From positions 37,262,001-37,326,000 of the forward strand of contig OZ024741.1 in assembly GCA_964016885.1 (NCBI GenBank): a DNA stretch of 64,000 nt, in the 5' to 3' direction. Position 1 is the stretch's first letter, and every line of letters starts with the position of its first letter. The notes below the pieces were generated by a model, which had not been told where the DNA came from, did no database searches, and worked only from the letters and a program-made list of their open reading frames with translations. Shown here one piece after another: positions 1 through 11,590 of the stretch. The stretch is from Eledone cirrhosa. Lineage: Eukaryota. Position numbers and translations under genes: made by a program.

Positions 1-468
1 TTCACTTCAGTGTCGAGGTGTAGAGCTAGACAGTGTATTATAGTGAAAAGATAACAAGGACGATTGGTTACTCCTTCATTACATTTATTGGTTGGTGATG
101 CGCGTTTCGCTCACCTCCTACATATATATATATATATAGATATAGATATATACATACACACATATAATTTAGGCTTCAGCTGTGTTCTTGTCTCATGCAA
201 AATTATGAACATTTAATTGTCTGTTGATGATGATGAGGATGGGGAGAAGAGGAGGAGGAGGGGAGAAGAGGAGGAAATTGGAGAGAAATGGCTAAGTTTA
301 GGCTATAAATATAGCAGGGTCTCACATACTGTGTGAGCTGAACAATGTTGTTCAATTGAGATTATCATACCAATTAATAGATAAAAACTCCCTGTAGGTA
401 TTTATTGTTGTTTTTATACTTGTTTCAGTCAGTAGATTTGAGCCAGACAATTATTATTTACTCTAATA

Positions 469-660
469 GGGCGATGAATTGGCAGTATCGGTCGAGGGTC
501 GGATGCCGTGCTTTTCAGCATAGAGGTATGCCCCTTTATGGTCAGAGTTCAAATCCCGCTGAGGTCAACTTTGCCTTTCATCCTTACGGGGTCGATAAAA
601 AAAGTACCAGTAATATACTGGAATAATTGCAGGCCTTGTTCCAAAAGTAGAAACAATTAT
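469..660 (+). mobile_element. tRNA-derived SINE, family 1 (short-tail variant)
   Basis: A-box-like TGGCAGTATCGG, B-box GAGTTCAAATCCC, core AACTTTGCCTTTCATCCTTACGGGGTCGATAAAA..GTACCAG, tail AAAGTAGAAACAATTAT; about 12 copies in window. Confidence 0.9.
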
Positions 661-662
661 TT

Positions 663-1075
663 ACTCTTATCATCCTATAAGGATTTAGCAGAGAATATCT
701 AAAAGCAAGCTTGTTAATTCAAATGTTTATAGTATCTTTAGTAATCAAGGGAAAATTTGTAGTATTAGAGTAAAGACTTAATTTTTAGTATGATGTGCTG
801 TTTTGTACTTTTGTCTCACTAATGCAGTTTCATGTGAAACAGGACGTTAAGAGTTAACTCTTAACATCCTATAATGATTTAGCAGAAAATATATAAAAAC
901 AGACTGGTTAATTCAAGATGTTTATAGTATCTTTACTAGTGGAGAGAACATGGTGAAAATTTGCAGTATTAGACTAAAGATTTTTATTTTTAATCTGATT
1001 CAGTCATAGTGTTGTTAGGTGCCTTTTAAGAATGTTTTGTTAATGTGGCTTTGTGTAGTACAGACCATTACGTGT
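663..1075. repeat. Diverged ~200-bp tandem repeat (2 units; third unit at ~1914-2120)
   Basis: ACTCTTA(T/A)CATCCTATAA(G/T)GATTTA starts at 663, 857 and 1914, with colinear downstream similarity. Confidence 0.75.
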
Positions 1076-1078
1076 TAA

Positions 1079-1308
1079 TCCTTTTAATACCAAACTGCCT
1101 GAAAGCATCCCTGATTCTATGAATCGAAACTATTTGTTTTAATGTATCATAGAACTAGGAATGGTTTTATCTAAAAACGTTCCATTGTAATTTTATAGGA
1201 GAACCTTTGTTAAATTATGTTTCAAACACCAACTTCATAATAATTGTTTTCAAAATGATTTGAAAATCATAAGCAATGTCGTACATTAGAAATATGGTAA
1301 TGAAAGGG
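1079..1308 (+). mobile_element. piggyBac-like MITE (type 2)
   Basis: TTAA on both sides; imperfect TIRs TCCTTTTAATACC / GGTAATGAAAGGG; related reverse copy at ~7420-7652. Confidence 0.6.
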
Positions 1309-1330
1309 TTAAAAAGCAGATCCACTTTAA

Positions 1331-1551
1331 CCCTTTAGCATTTAAACCGGCCATATCAGGTCAGAATTCTCTCACCTCTTTCTGTTCAAACCGGCTGTAA
1401 CTGGCCCCTCATACTGACTTTAAGGTATTGTTCTCAAAATAAATAATATCAAAATCTCATAGATTCGATATTATATGAGATAATTATGTGAGGTAAAACC
1501 TATACTGCGGAAATACAATAGTAAATATAGAGTAATGTAAATGCTAAAGGG
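1331..1551 (+). mobile_element. piggyBac-like MITE (type 1)
   Basis: TTAA|CCCTTTAGCATTTA ... TAAATGCTAAAGGG|TTAA; second copy at 58663-58870. Confidence 0.85.
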
Positions 1552-1626
1552 TTAATCTGTATTGTCCAAAAATTTTGATCAACTCATTTTATTGGAGTTA
1601 TTTTTCTTTTTCTAAATGTTTATTTA

Positions 1627-1803
1627 CTGTACATACTCGGATATAAGGAAAAGAATTGATGGTAGAAAGAGGTCGGCTTATATTCAGGGTCAATATTTTG
1701 ACAATTTTCACCAACTTCAAATTCTATGTGAATAAGTTTTGGATTTTTGTCGATTTCTCAGACATAAAATAGTAGGGGTCAGCTTACATTTGAGTATATA
1801 TGG
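1627..1803. mobile_element. Tc1/mariner-superfamily (pogo/Tc2-like) MITE
   Basis: TA flanks; degenerate TIRs CTGTACATACTCGGATATAAG / CTTACATTTGAGTATATATGG; internal GGTC(G/A)GCTTA repeats. Confidence 0.5.
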
Positions 1804-2292
1804 TAATATTTATGATATTATTTCTGTTGAAGCTGTCATTAGAATGTAGGATGGCAAGTTATTATGAGCCAGTAGTTTATTGGTTACACTGTATATTTAG
1901 TCTTCAGGGATGAACTCTTAACATCCTATAATGATTTAATGAAAAAAAATCTAAAAACGGATGTGTTAATTCAAACATTTACATTACCATTACTTGTGGA
2001 GAAACCATTGTGAAAATTTACAATTTTAGGGTCAATTTTTAATGTGATGTAGTCATAGTGTTGTTTTGAACTTTTTTCAAGAATGTCCTGTTAATGTGTT
2101 AATGTAGTTTCATGCAGTATAGGAAAATAAAGTTGAGATGGTTTTCTCCTTAGTGAGCCATTCAGGTGTTCTCTTTGACTCCATTAGCATCTCATGAAAC
2201 TTCTCTGTTAACAATTTATGTGTCCTCATCAGATATTTGGAATCTTATCAAGCCCTGGTGCCTTCAGGTTATTATCATTATTATTGTTACCT

Positions 2293-2699
2293 CCCTTTAT
2301 GGCCTGAGTTCAAATCCTGCTGAGGTTAGCTTTGCCTTTCATCTTTACAGGGTCGATAAAATAAAGTACCAGTAATGCATTGAAGTCAATTTAATCGACT
2401 TGCCTCTTTTCCAAAAGTTGTTGGCCTGGTGCCTATAGTAGAAAAAAATTATATTTAGGGCAGTGGATTGGCCGTATCGGGAGAGCGCTGGACACCATGC
2501 TTCATGGCATGGAGTTACGGCCCTTTGTGTTCTGAGTTCAAATCTCACTGAGGTTAGCTTTGCCTTTCATCCTTACAGGGTCGATTAAATAAAGTACCAG
2601 TAATGCACTGGGGTTGATTTAATCAACTTTCCTCTCCCACTTCAAATTGCTGGCCTTGTGCCTAAAGTAGAAACAATTATTATTATCATCATTATTATT
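2293..2699 (+). mobile_element. Two tandem family-1 SINEs (5'-truncated 2293-2457, full 2458-2699; long-tail variant)
   Basis: B-box, core and tail repeated; the second copy has the A-box-like TGGCCGTATCGG. Confidence 0.88.
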
Positions 2700-3033
2700 T
2701 TCGCATTATCACTGCATTACCAAACACAGCTCTGTGCACCTTGGTATGTGTAGTGTGGTTTTTGGTGGTGTTATTTCTATTGAATAGAGAGTACTCTTCG
2801 TAATATATGTGCGGTGTCTAATAGTGCTCTCTTTTGTATTCTGTGTATATTTGTGAGTCCTGGATTTTATCTGAGGGCCACACGTGACAGCTAATTGTGC
2901 ACACTGCAACTAATTTTATGAAGATAAAACATGCTCACACTGTAAAAACATTCGTGCAGCCACAGGTGTGCTTGTAAAGGGCCGCATGTTTAACATGCCT
3001 GGTGCAAAGTATGTGTAGAATATTTTCTGTGTT

Positions 3034-3082
3034 CATCATCATCTTCGTTTAACATACATCTTCCACGCTAGCATGGGTTAGA
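3034..3082 (-). mobile_element. ~50-bp retroposon 3'-end insertion
   Basis: Minus strand reads TCTAACCCATGCTAGCGTGGAAGATGTATGTTAAACGAAGATGATGATG, the RTE/SINE tail motif; flanked by duplicated CTGTGTT. Confidence 0.65.
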
Positions 3083-3083
3083 C

Positions 3084-3380
3084 TGTGTTATATTGTGTAA
3101 AGTATGTGTAGAATATTTGCTGTGTTATATTGTGTAATGTGTGTGTAGAATATTTGTTGTGTTATATTGTGTAAAGTATGTGTAGAATATTTGCTGTGTT
3201 ATATTGTGTATTGTGTGTGTAGAATATTTGTTGTGTTATATTGTGTAATGTATGTGTAGAATATTTGCTGTAATATATTGTGTAATATATGTGTAGAATA
3301 TTTGTTGTGTTATATTGTGTAAAGTATGTGTAGAATATTTGTTGTGTTATATTGTGTAATGTGTGTGTAGAATATTTGTT
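3084..3380. repeat. 37-bp minisatellite, left part (continues at 5098-5240, decays to ~5420)
   Basis: Unit TGTGTTATATTGTGTAA(A/T)GTATGTGTAGAATATTTG(C/T), about 8 copies left and 4 right of a LINE. Confidence 0.92.
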
Positions 3381-3383
3381 TTT

Positions 3384-5097
3384 ACAGAGGGACCAACTAT
3401 TGAGATTGACGAATATAGGGTCCAAGAGGCGATTAAGGAAATGAAAAATGGTAAGGCTGCTGGACCATCGGGGATAGTTGCTGAGATGCTGAAGGCTTCA
3501 GGGGACATAGGCACTAAACTGGTTGCATGCATCATCACTCAGGCTATATATGGTGGTGTCATACCCAAAGACTGGTGCAGCAGTATTCTCATAAATTGCT
3601 ACAAAGGTAAAGTGGATGCTCTGGAGAGGAGCAATTATAGGGGTATAAAACTGATGGATCAGGTTATGAAAGTGGCAGAAAGGATATTAGCACAACTAAT
3701 TAGAGAAAGGGTCAAACTAGATGAGAAGCAGTTTGGTTCTGTGCCTGGGAAGAGTACAACGGATGCCCTCTTCTTGGTGAGACAATTACAAGAGAGGTTC
3801 TTAGAGAAAAATAAGCCACTATACTTAGCCTTTGTTGACCTAGAGAAGGTCTTTGATAGGGTACCCCGATCTGTCACCTAGTGGTCCCTAAGGAAACTAG
3901 GTGTTGAGGAATAGCTTGTGAGGACAGTGCAAACTTTGTACAGAGGTACTGTCAGTAAAGTCAGAGTAGGAATGGAGTTTAGGGAGGAATTCCAGATACA
4001 AGTAGGAGTACATCAAGGTTCGGTCCTCAGCCCGCTCTTGTTCATGATAGTCCTCCAAGCCATAACAGAGGGGTTTAAGATTGGCTGTCCATGGGAACTT
4101 CTCTATGCTGACGATCTGGTTCTTATCGCAGAATCAGTAGAGGAGCTAGAGAATAAATTCTGGCTATGGAAACAGCAGTTGGAAGCAAGAGGACTGAGAG
4201 TGAACCTAGCTAAGACAAAAGTGTTGATGAGTAGAAAAGAGGACAAAACTCTGATTCCGTCAGGGAAATGGCCATGTTCGATATGCAGAAAAGGAACTGG
4301 CATAAATTTTATAAAATGCACACAATGCAGATCCTGGGTACACAAGAGATGTAGCGGGATAGCAGGCAAACTAACAAGTAGGGAGAAATACGTATGCAGT
4401 AGATGTACAGGGAAATTAGACAGCAGAAATCGCATTGATAGACACATTTTTCGAATGCAGGCGGGTGCTATAGAGGTGGTGAATAGCTTCTGGTACCTAG
4501 GAGATCAGATGAGCATGGGAGGGGGGTGTTCCAAGGCCATAGTATCTAGAATAAGGACGGGTTGGAAGAAGTTTAGGGAACTGCTTCCTCTGCTGACAAA
4601 GAAGGGTTTCTCCCTGCGTACAAAAGGCCGGTTATATGATGCCTGTGTGAGGAACGTGATGCTGCATAGTAGTGAGACATGGGCAGCAACTGCAGAGGAT
4701 ATGCGATGGCTGGAGAGAAATGAGGCAAGCATGCTCCATTGGATGTGCAGTGTCAATGTGCGTGAACAACCCAGCATGAATGTGCTGAAAGAGAAACTGT
4801 GTCTGAGAGGGATAGAATGTAGTGTGCGAGAGAGGAGACTGAGGTGGTATGGACATGTGATGCGCATGGAGGATGACTGATGGGTGAAGAAGTGCCAGGA
4901 AATGCCAGTTGAAGGAAGACGTGGTAGAGGTAGACCACAAAAAACATGGGCAGAGGTGGTGAGAACAGACCTCAGATCGCTGAAGCTCACGGTGGAGATG
5001 ACGAAGGAGTGTGACAAGTGCAGAGATGCTGTGCTGAATAAGACCCGTCCCACTCTTGCAAGCAGGGAAGAGCGGACGTAAAATGATGATGATGATG
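3384..5097 (+). mobile_element. 5'-truncated RTE-like LINE, subfamily A, copy 1 (RT pseudogene)
   Basis: [58 protein letters not shown]; in-frame stops at 3879, 3912, 4878; (GAT)n tail; ~30-bp candidate TSD. Confidence 0.95.
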
Positions 5098-5720
5098 ATT
5101 GTGTAATGTGTGTGTAGAATATTTGTTGTGTTATATTGTGTAATGTATGTGTAGAATATTTGTTGTGTTATATTGTGTAATGTATGTGTAGAATATTTGT
5201 TATTATACTGTGTAATGTATGTGTAGAATATTTGCTGTGTTCTCGTATCCAGTGTTGATTGTATACAGTATGTTTTGTGTGGGTTGTGTTATTTTATTGG
5301 GTGATAATTATGTAATATATGTTTTATGTGGGTTGTATTATATTGTGTAAAATATGGGTTGTGCTATTCTATTGGGTGTTGATTGTGTAATGTAAAATAT
5401 GTGTTGTATGGACTGTGCTATTCATTATAATTTTTTTATATTGAATGCATTTTTCCTTAGTTGTTTTTTTTTTTGTTTTTTTTTTTTTCACATTGTATTC
5501 TGAACTGTTGATGTCAGAAAGAATGGTTTAAGAGGGAAATGTTTGTTTGTCTTGGCATATAACTCTCCAAAGAATCTATTGAATGGCAGTTCCTTGTAAA
5601 ATCTTATCGCTATGGTGGGTCGTTCAATATTGTCTTTTGTGTTTCATTGGTTGAGCTTCATTGAAGCAAAGAAATGTTTACTTTGAATACTACAAATAAG
5701 GAGATGTATGTGAAGTCAGG

Positions 5721-6075
5721 GCACACACACACACACATACACACACACACACATGCATGCACACACACACACACATGCACACACATACACACACATACAC
5801 ACACACATTCATACAAATACACACATACACATGTACACATATGCACACACACACACATACACATATATGCATATACACATATACACACATACACACATAC
5901 AGACATACACAATACACATATACACATATGCATGCACATATATGTACATACATTCACATATACACATACAAACACACATTCATACAAACACATACACACA
6001 CAAACTCGCACATGTACAGAAATACAAACACACACACACACACACACAGAGATACACACACACAAGTAACACACA
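5721..6075. repeat. (CA)n/(TACA)n compound microsatellite
   Basis: Direct reading. Confidence 0.95.
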
Positions 6076-6099
6076 AAGATATACAATAAAAACTATTAT

Positions 6100-6842
6100 C
6101 AATACTACAACAACTGCTACCACCATCATCATCATCAGCAATATCAGATGTATAAACAATAGCAACAACAACAACAACAGCAGCAGCCATGACATTGACA
6201 ACATAAACAACAGTAACAACAATGACCACAACAAGAACAGCAACAGTTAAAGTAACAACAACAACAACAGCAGCAGCAGCAGAACAACAACAAAAACAAC
6301 AACAACAAGAACGGCAATAATAACAACAACAACAGCAGTAACAACATCCCCAACAACATTAACAACAACAACAACAGCAATAATATCAACAGCAACTGTA
6401 GCAACAACAACAGCAACAGCAACAACATGAATAAAACAACACCACCAACAACATCACCAACAACAACAACAACAGCAACAACAACATCAGCAGCAGTGAG
6501 AGCAACATCTCCAATAACATCAAATACAACAACAATAGCAATAACAATAACAACAGCAGCAAAAGCAGCTATCACAACAACAGCAAAAGCAGCTATCACA
6601 ACAACAGTAGCATCAGCCACACTACAGCAATAACGACAGCAACAATAACAACAACAATAGCAACAATAACGACAGCAACAATAACAACAACAATAGCAAC
6701 AACAATAACAACATCAACAGCAACATCAATAACAACAATAACTACAACAACAACAATCGCAACAGTAAAAATGACAACAATAACAATTATAACAAAAACA
6801 ATAACAACAACAACAATAACAACAACATCAATAGCAACAACA
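6100..6842. repeat. (AAC/AGC/AAT)n degenerate trinucleotide tract
   Basis: Direct reading. Confidence 0.95.
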
Positions 6843-7419
6843 GTGGGTGGTGTAATTCATTAGTTCTGGAAATTTCTTTCTTAAAAAAAATATTAAATGA
6901 AAGCCCCCGCCACCACTGTCACCACCCAATGCCACCCCCTAATGTGGCATCATACCATTTTGCCTGCAAGACATCAGCAGCTGCAAAAAGGAGAATCAGT
7001 CACTAGACTCTCCAAACACAGGTCTAAAAAGCTTCATTAACCAGAATCACTAAATAGAGAGATTCTAAATTAATTAAAATATACTCCAGTTAACAAATTT
7101 CTATGAACGATGCAAAAATCAAATTATTGTTATGAAAACTTTTAAAAGAATAACATATACACAAAAAATGTTTCTTTGCAGTTTTTTTTATGTATTTCTT
7201 AATATATTTATATATTTGTATATTTTTTTGGTTAATTCATTTTTCATGAAACATTAAAATTTGTGGTTTTATTAATTATTTTTGTCAATTTTAATTTTAT
7301 TTCCTGAAATATCTACTTGTATATGCAAACATGCATGCATTAGAATTTTGTGACTGGAATTAGCGTTTGTGCACTGGAATTAGCCTTTCTTTGTTTCTAT
7401 TAGATGAAAATGTAGCTAA

Positions 7420-7652
7420 GTTACCATATTTCTATTGAAAGTCACTGCTTATGATTTTCCAATGATTTTGAAAGGAATAAAAATTTAAAAAACTGGAAAT
7501 AACTATCTCATTTTTAAGTTTGTGTTCAGAACATAATTTAACAAAGATTTTTTACATAAAATTATGATGGAAAGTTTTTAGATAAATATAAATACTTCAA
7601 AACAAACTTAGAACCAGGGGCAGTTTCAGACAGTTTGGTATCAAAAGAGTTG
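7420..7652 (-). mobile_element. Decayed copy of piggyBac-like MITE type 2
   Basis: Reverse complement CTCTTTTGATACCAAACTGTCTGAAACTGCCCCTGGTTCTA matches 1079-1120; other end AGAAATATGGTAA also matches. Confidence 0.55.
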
Positions 7653-7716
7653 AGAAAATGCCTGTAAGATATTTTTGCTTTAGATCTTAAAATCAAGACT
7701 ATGCAATGTCTTTATT

Positions 7717-8471
7717 GCTGGATTGGCAGAATTGTTAGTGTTAAAGGAACAGAATAACTTGTATCTGTGTACAAATCCTGCCAAGGTCAATTTTGCCTTT
7801 CCTTCTTCTGGGCTTGATAAGTCAAGTACAGAAGTTAATTTAATCATCTTTAATCTTCCCCCTAAAAATTGCTGGCCTTGTGTCTATATTAAAAATCAAT
7901 ATTTTTTCTGGATATTTATATTCTAGAGTACAAATCACACCAAGGTAAATTTTACCTTTCATCCTTTCAGGATTAATAACATGAAGTACCAGTCAAGTAC
8001 TTGGGTTGATGTAATTGACTTTCCTCTCTCTCCAAATCTCTCTCCAAATCTGCTGACTTTAAGCCTTAATTAGAAACCATTATTATTCATTAGATAGGTG
8101 GTGAATTGGCAGTATCGGTAGAGGGTCGGACACCAATCTTTCCAGCATAGTTACGTCCCTTTATGATCTGAGTTCAAATCCCGCCGAGGTTGACTTTGCC
8201 TTTCATCCTTACGGGGTCGATAAAATAAAATACCAGTAATGCACTGGGTAATTGCTGGCCTTGTGCCTAAAGTAGAAACAATTATTATTCATTAGATTAT
8301 CTCACTGTGTTACCATATGGCAGCGAATTGGCAGAGTTGTTAGAACATTGGATAGAATGCTTTGTAGTATTCATTTCGACTCTCTGAGTTCAAATCCTGC
8401 CGAGGTCAACTTTGCCTTTCATCCTTTCGAGATCGATAAAAAAAAGTACCAGTCTAGTACTGGAGTCGATT
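7717..8471 (+). mobile_element. Cluster of four head-to-tail family-1 SINEs (~7717-7905, ~7925-8087, 8097-8289, 8319-8471)
   Basis: Four successive B-box + TTT(G/A)CCTTTC core motifs of differing divergence. Confidence 0.85.
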
Positions 8472-8634
8472 CTTCCTCTATATCTCTTTCTCATTTCCTC
8501 TCTCTCACTCTCTATCCTTCTCTGGAAGAAATCGGTTATATTCAGACCTGGAGATGGGCTCCACCAGGTTTAAAATATGCCCTAGAGACACTGTATGTCA
8601 ATATGGCACCCATATGACTCCTTGGGAGTTATAG

Positions 8635-9290
8635 TCCATACTATACCATAACATACCATACTATACCATACCATACCACTCCATACTATACCATACCACA
8701 TCATACCATACCATACCATGACATACCATTACCATACCGTACCATACCATACCATTACCATACTATTACCATACCATGACATACCATTACCATACCATTA
8801 CCATACCATGACATACCATTACCATACCATTACCATACTGTACCATACCATACCATTACCATACTCTACCACACCATACCATACCATACCATTACCCTAT
8901 TCTACCATTACCATACTATTACCATACCATACCATGACATACCATTACCATACCATTACCATAACATGCCATATCATTGCCATTAGCAGCCCTTACCATA
9001 CCGTACCATACCATTATCATACCATTACCATACCATCACCATAACATACCATACCATTACCATACCATGCCATACCATTTCCATACCATAGCATTACAAT
9101 TACCATACCATACCTTTACCATACAATTACCATACCATACCATTACCATACCATACAATTCCATACTATACCATTACCATACCACATCATACCATACCAT
9201 GCCATACATATTATACCATACATGCCATACCATACCATTACCATACCATTACCATACCACTACCATGCCATTACCATAGCATTACCAAGC
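8635..9290. repeat. (TACCA)n/(TACCAT)n microsatellite
   Basis: Direct reading. Confidence 0.95.
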
Positions 9291-9367
9291 ACAACTGTTT
9301 TGCTTTGTATACATGCAGTGTTTTGTTTTGTCGCTATTTGTATTGTATTGAAACTACTCTACATATG

Positions 9368-9573
9368 ATGAGGAGGGGGGGGGGGGGTTGAAAAATCATA
9401 GGCTGACCAAGATACTCTCATGGAATTACCAAATAAGGTTATTTTTCAACATACTCCCTAGAAAGAAACAATGCAATTATTAATAAAGAGAGTTGAAATT
9501 AATGCATGTAAGATTTCACAGTAGTAGCATCAATCCCGCATAGTCATCCTATGAACTTTTTAGCTGACCTTCG
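9368..9573. mobile_element. mariner-type MITE
   Basis: TIRs GAGG(G)nTTGAAAAATCATAGGCTGAC and GTCATCCTATGAACTTTTTAGCTGACCTTCG|TA. Confidence 0.6.
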
Positions 9574-9685
9574 TAATATATATGCAGTACTTTGTAGTAC
9601 TATTTTCTGCTATTTTCTTCTATTGTACATGTTTGTAAGTCTCTGTCCATTGAACCTTAATGATCGAATAAAAGAGATTCTAGAT

Positions 9686-10060
9686 CACCAGTTCCCAACC
9701 TGTGGTTCACAGACTCCTAAGGTCCACAAAAATATTACTGAGAGTCCCGAAGCATGGTGGGTAGACAGACCTTGCCAAAGCTTAGTGTATTTCTATATTT
9801 TTGGAAGAGTTTTTCTGATTGGATGCCCTTCCTGTTCCCAACCACTTTACAATGTTGACTGGATGCATTATTCATGCCACCAGCACTAGAGATGTCTTAC
9901 TGGAATCAAGAGTCCTCTCCACTCTGTATCAGTTGTTATTTGGAGTGTCTACTCTCCTAGATGGGTTGCCTTCACTACGGCTTATGGAGTCTACATCTGT
10001 GAGAAAATTCATTTAAATAAATGGAGTTATTGGTAGTAAAAAAAAGATTAGGAACCACTT
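9686..10060. mobile_element. Possible hAT (Charlie-like) MITE containing a reversed SINE/LINE-tail fragment (~9800-9890)
   Basis: Ends CACCAGTTCCCAACCTGTGG and AAAAGATTAGGAACCACTT resemble CAGTGGTTCCCAACC-type TIRs; internal GGATGCCCTTCCT..CCAACCACTTTACA. Confidence 0.45.
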
Positions 10061-10339
10061 TTTTTAACTGGAACACTCTATCTTGTTGAAGTAGCAGCCA
10101 GAAAAGATCCTACAATCACGGCAAACAGAAGGTCACGTTGGATAATACAGTTCTAAATATATTCCTAGAGAGATGGAATAGTCAATCCTGGAACTTCTTT
10201 GATCATAGGTCTGCTCAATCAGGGATGACCTAGGGCTGAACAACAACAGAATACCCTCTTTGCTGATTAATTTTCTATTTTCTCATTTTCATTTCCTCAC
10301 TTTGTCTATTATTCACAATTTCATCCAACAACATACTTA

Positions 10340-11105
10340 ACCATCAAGCCATTCACTCAACCATCAACCATCTGTCAGATTGTTCACTCATCCATCAATC
10401 CATTCATCCAATCATCATCAATCAAATTATTCATTCATCAGTTCATTTATCCTTCCTTCCAACCATCCATCCATACATCCCTCCCTCCCTCCATCCAACC
10501 ATACATTCATTCATCTATCCAGCCATCCAACCATCCAACCATCCAACCATCCCTCCCTCCATCCAACCATCCAACCATCCAACCAACCATCTTTCCAACT
10601 AACCATCCATTAAACCATCCAATCAACCATCCAATCAACCATCCAACCAACCATCTTTCTAACTAGCCATCCATTAAACCATCCATCCAACTAACCATCC
10701 ACCATCTAACCATCCCTCCCTCCATTCAATCAACCATCCTACCAACCATCCATCCAACCATCCATCCAACCATCCAACCATCCATCCAACCATCCAACCA
10801 TCCATCCAACCATCCAACCATCCATCCATCCATACAACTAACCATCCATACAACTAACCATCCTACTAACCATCCAACCATCCATCCATTCAACTAACCA
10901 TCCATCCATGCATTCATCCATGAATCTATCCATCCATCCATTCATCTAACCATCCAACCATCCCTCTCTCCCGCCATCTGTCCATCCAGCCATCCTTCCT
11001 TCTCTCCCTCTATCTCTCCATCCAACCACCCCTCCCTCCCTCCAACCATCCAACCATTCTTCCATTTATCCAACCATCCATCCAATGAACCAATTATCCA
11101 TCCAT
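10340..11105. repeat. (CCAT)n/(CCAA)n microsatellite
   Basis: Direct reading. Confidence 0.95.
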
Positions 11106-11182
11106 TTATCTCTTCATCAGAACCTCCCCTCTCTCATCTATAACAGATTGTTTGCCCAGCCTCTCTACACATCTGCGTCTCT

Positions 11183-11191
11183 ACCAACACC

Positions 11192-11256
<65 letters not shown>

Positions 11257-11443
11257 CACCACCACCACCACCACCACCACCACCACCACCACCACCACCA
11301 CTACTACTACTATTACCACCACCACCACCACCGCTACCACCACCACCACCACTACTACTACCACCACCACCACCACCACCACCACCACCACCACCACCAC
11401 CACCACCACCACCACCACCACCACCACCACCACCACCACCACC

Positions 11444-11487
<44 letters not shown>

Positions 11488-11542
11488 CACCACCACCACT
11501 ACTACTACTACTACCACCACCACCACCACTGCTACCACCACC

Positions 11543-11584
<42 letters not shown>

Positions 11585-11590
11585 GCCCAC
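11183..11590. repeat. (CCA)n/(CTA)n compound microsatellite
   Basis: Direct reading. Confidence 0.97.

Noticed and set aside
2870-3002. hAT-like end GGGCCGCATGTTTAACATGCCTG (and CAGAGGTTCTCAAA at 59669)
   Set aside because: Only one terminus found in each case and no TSD
4103-5053. Antisense ORFs over LINEs (also at 22.3-24.5, 27.6-29.0 and 61.7-63.2 kb)
   Set aside because: Shadow frames of RT coding sequence with no independent motifs
5658-6633. Low-complexity ORFs (also at 8.7-9.3, 11.1-12.0, 13.2-13.5, 20.1-21.1, 31.5-33.1, 60.6-61.0 and 63.1-63.6 kb)
   Set aside because: Translations of microsatellites
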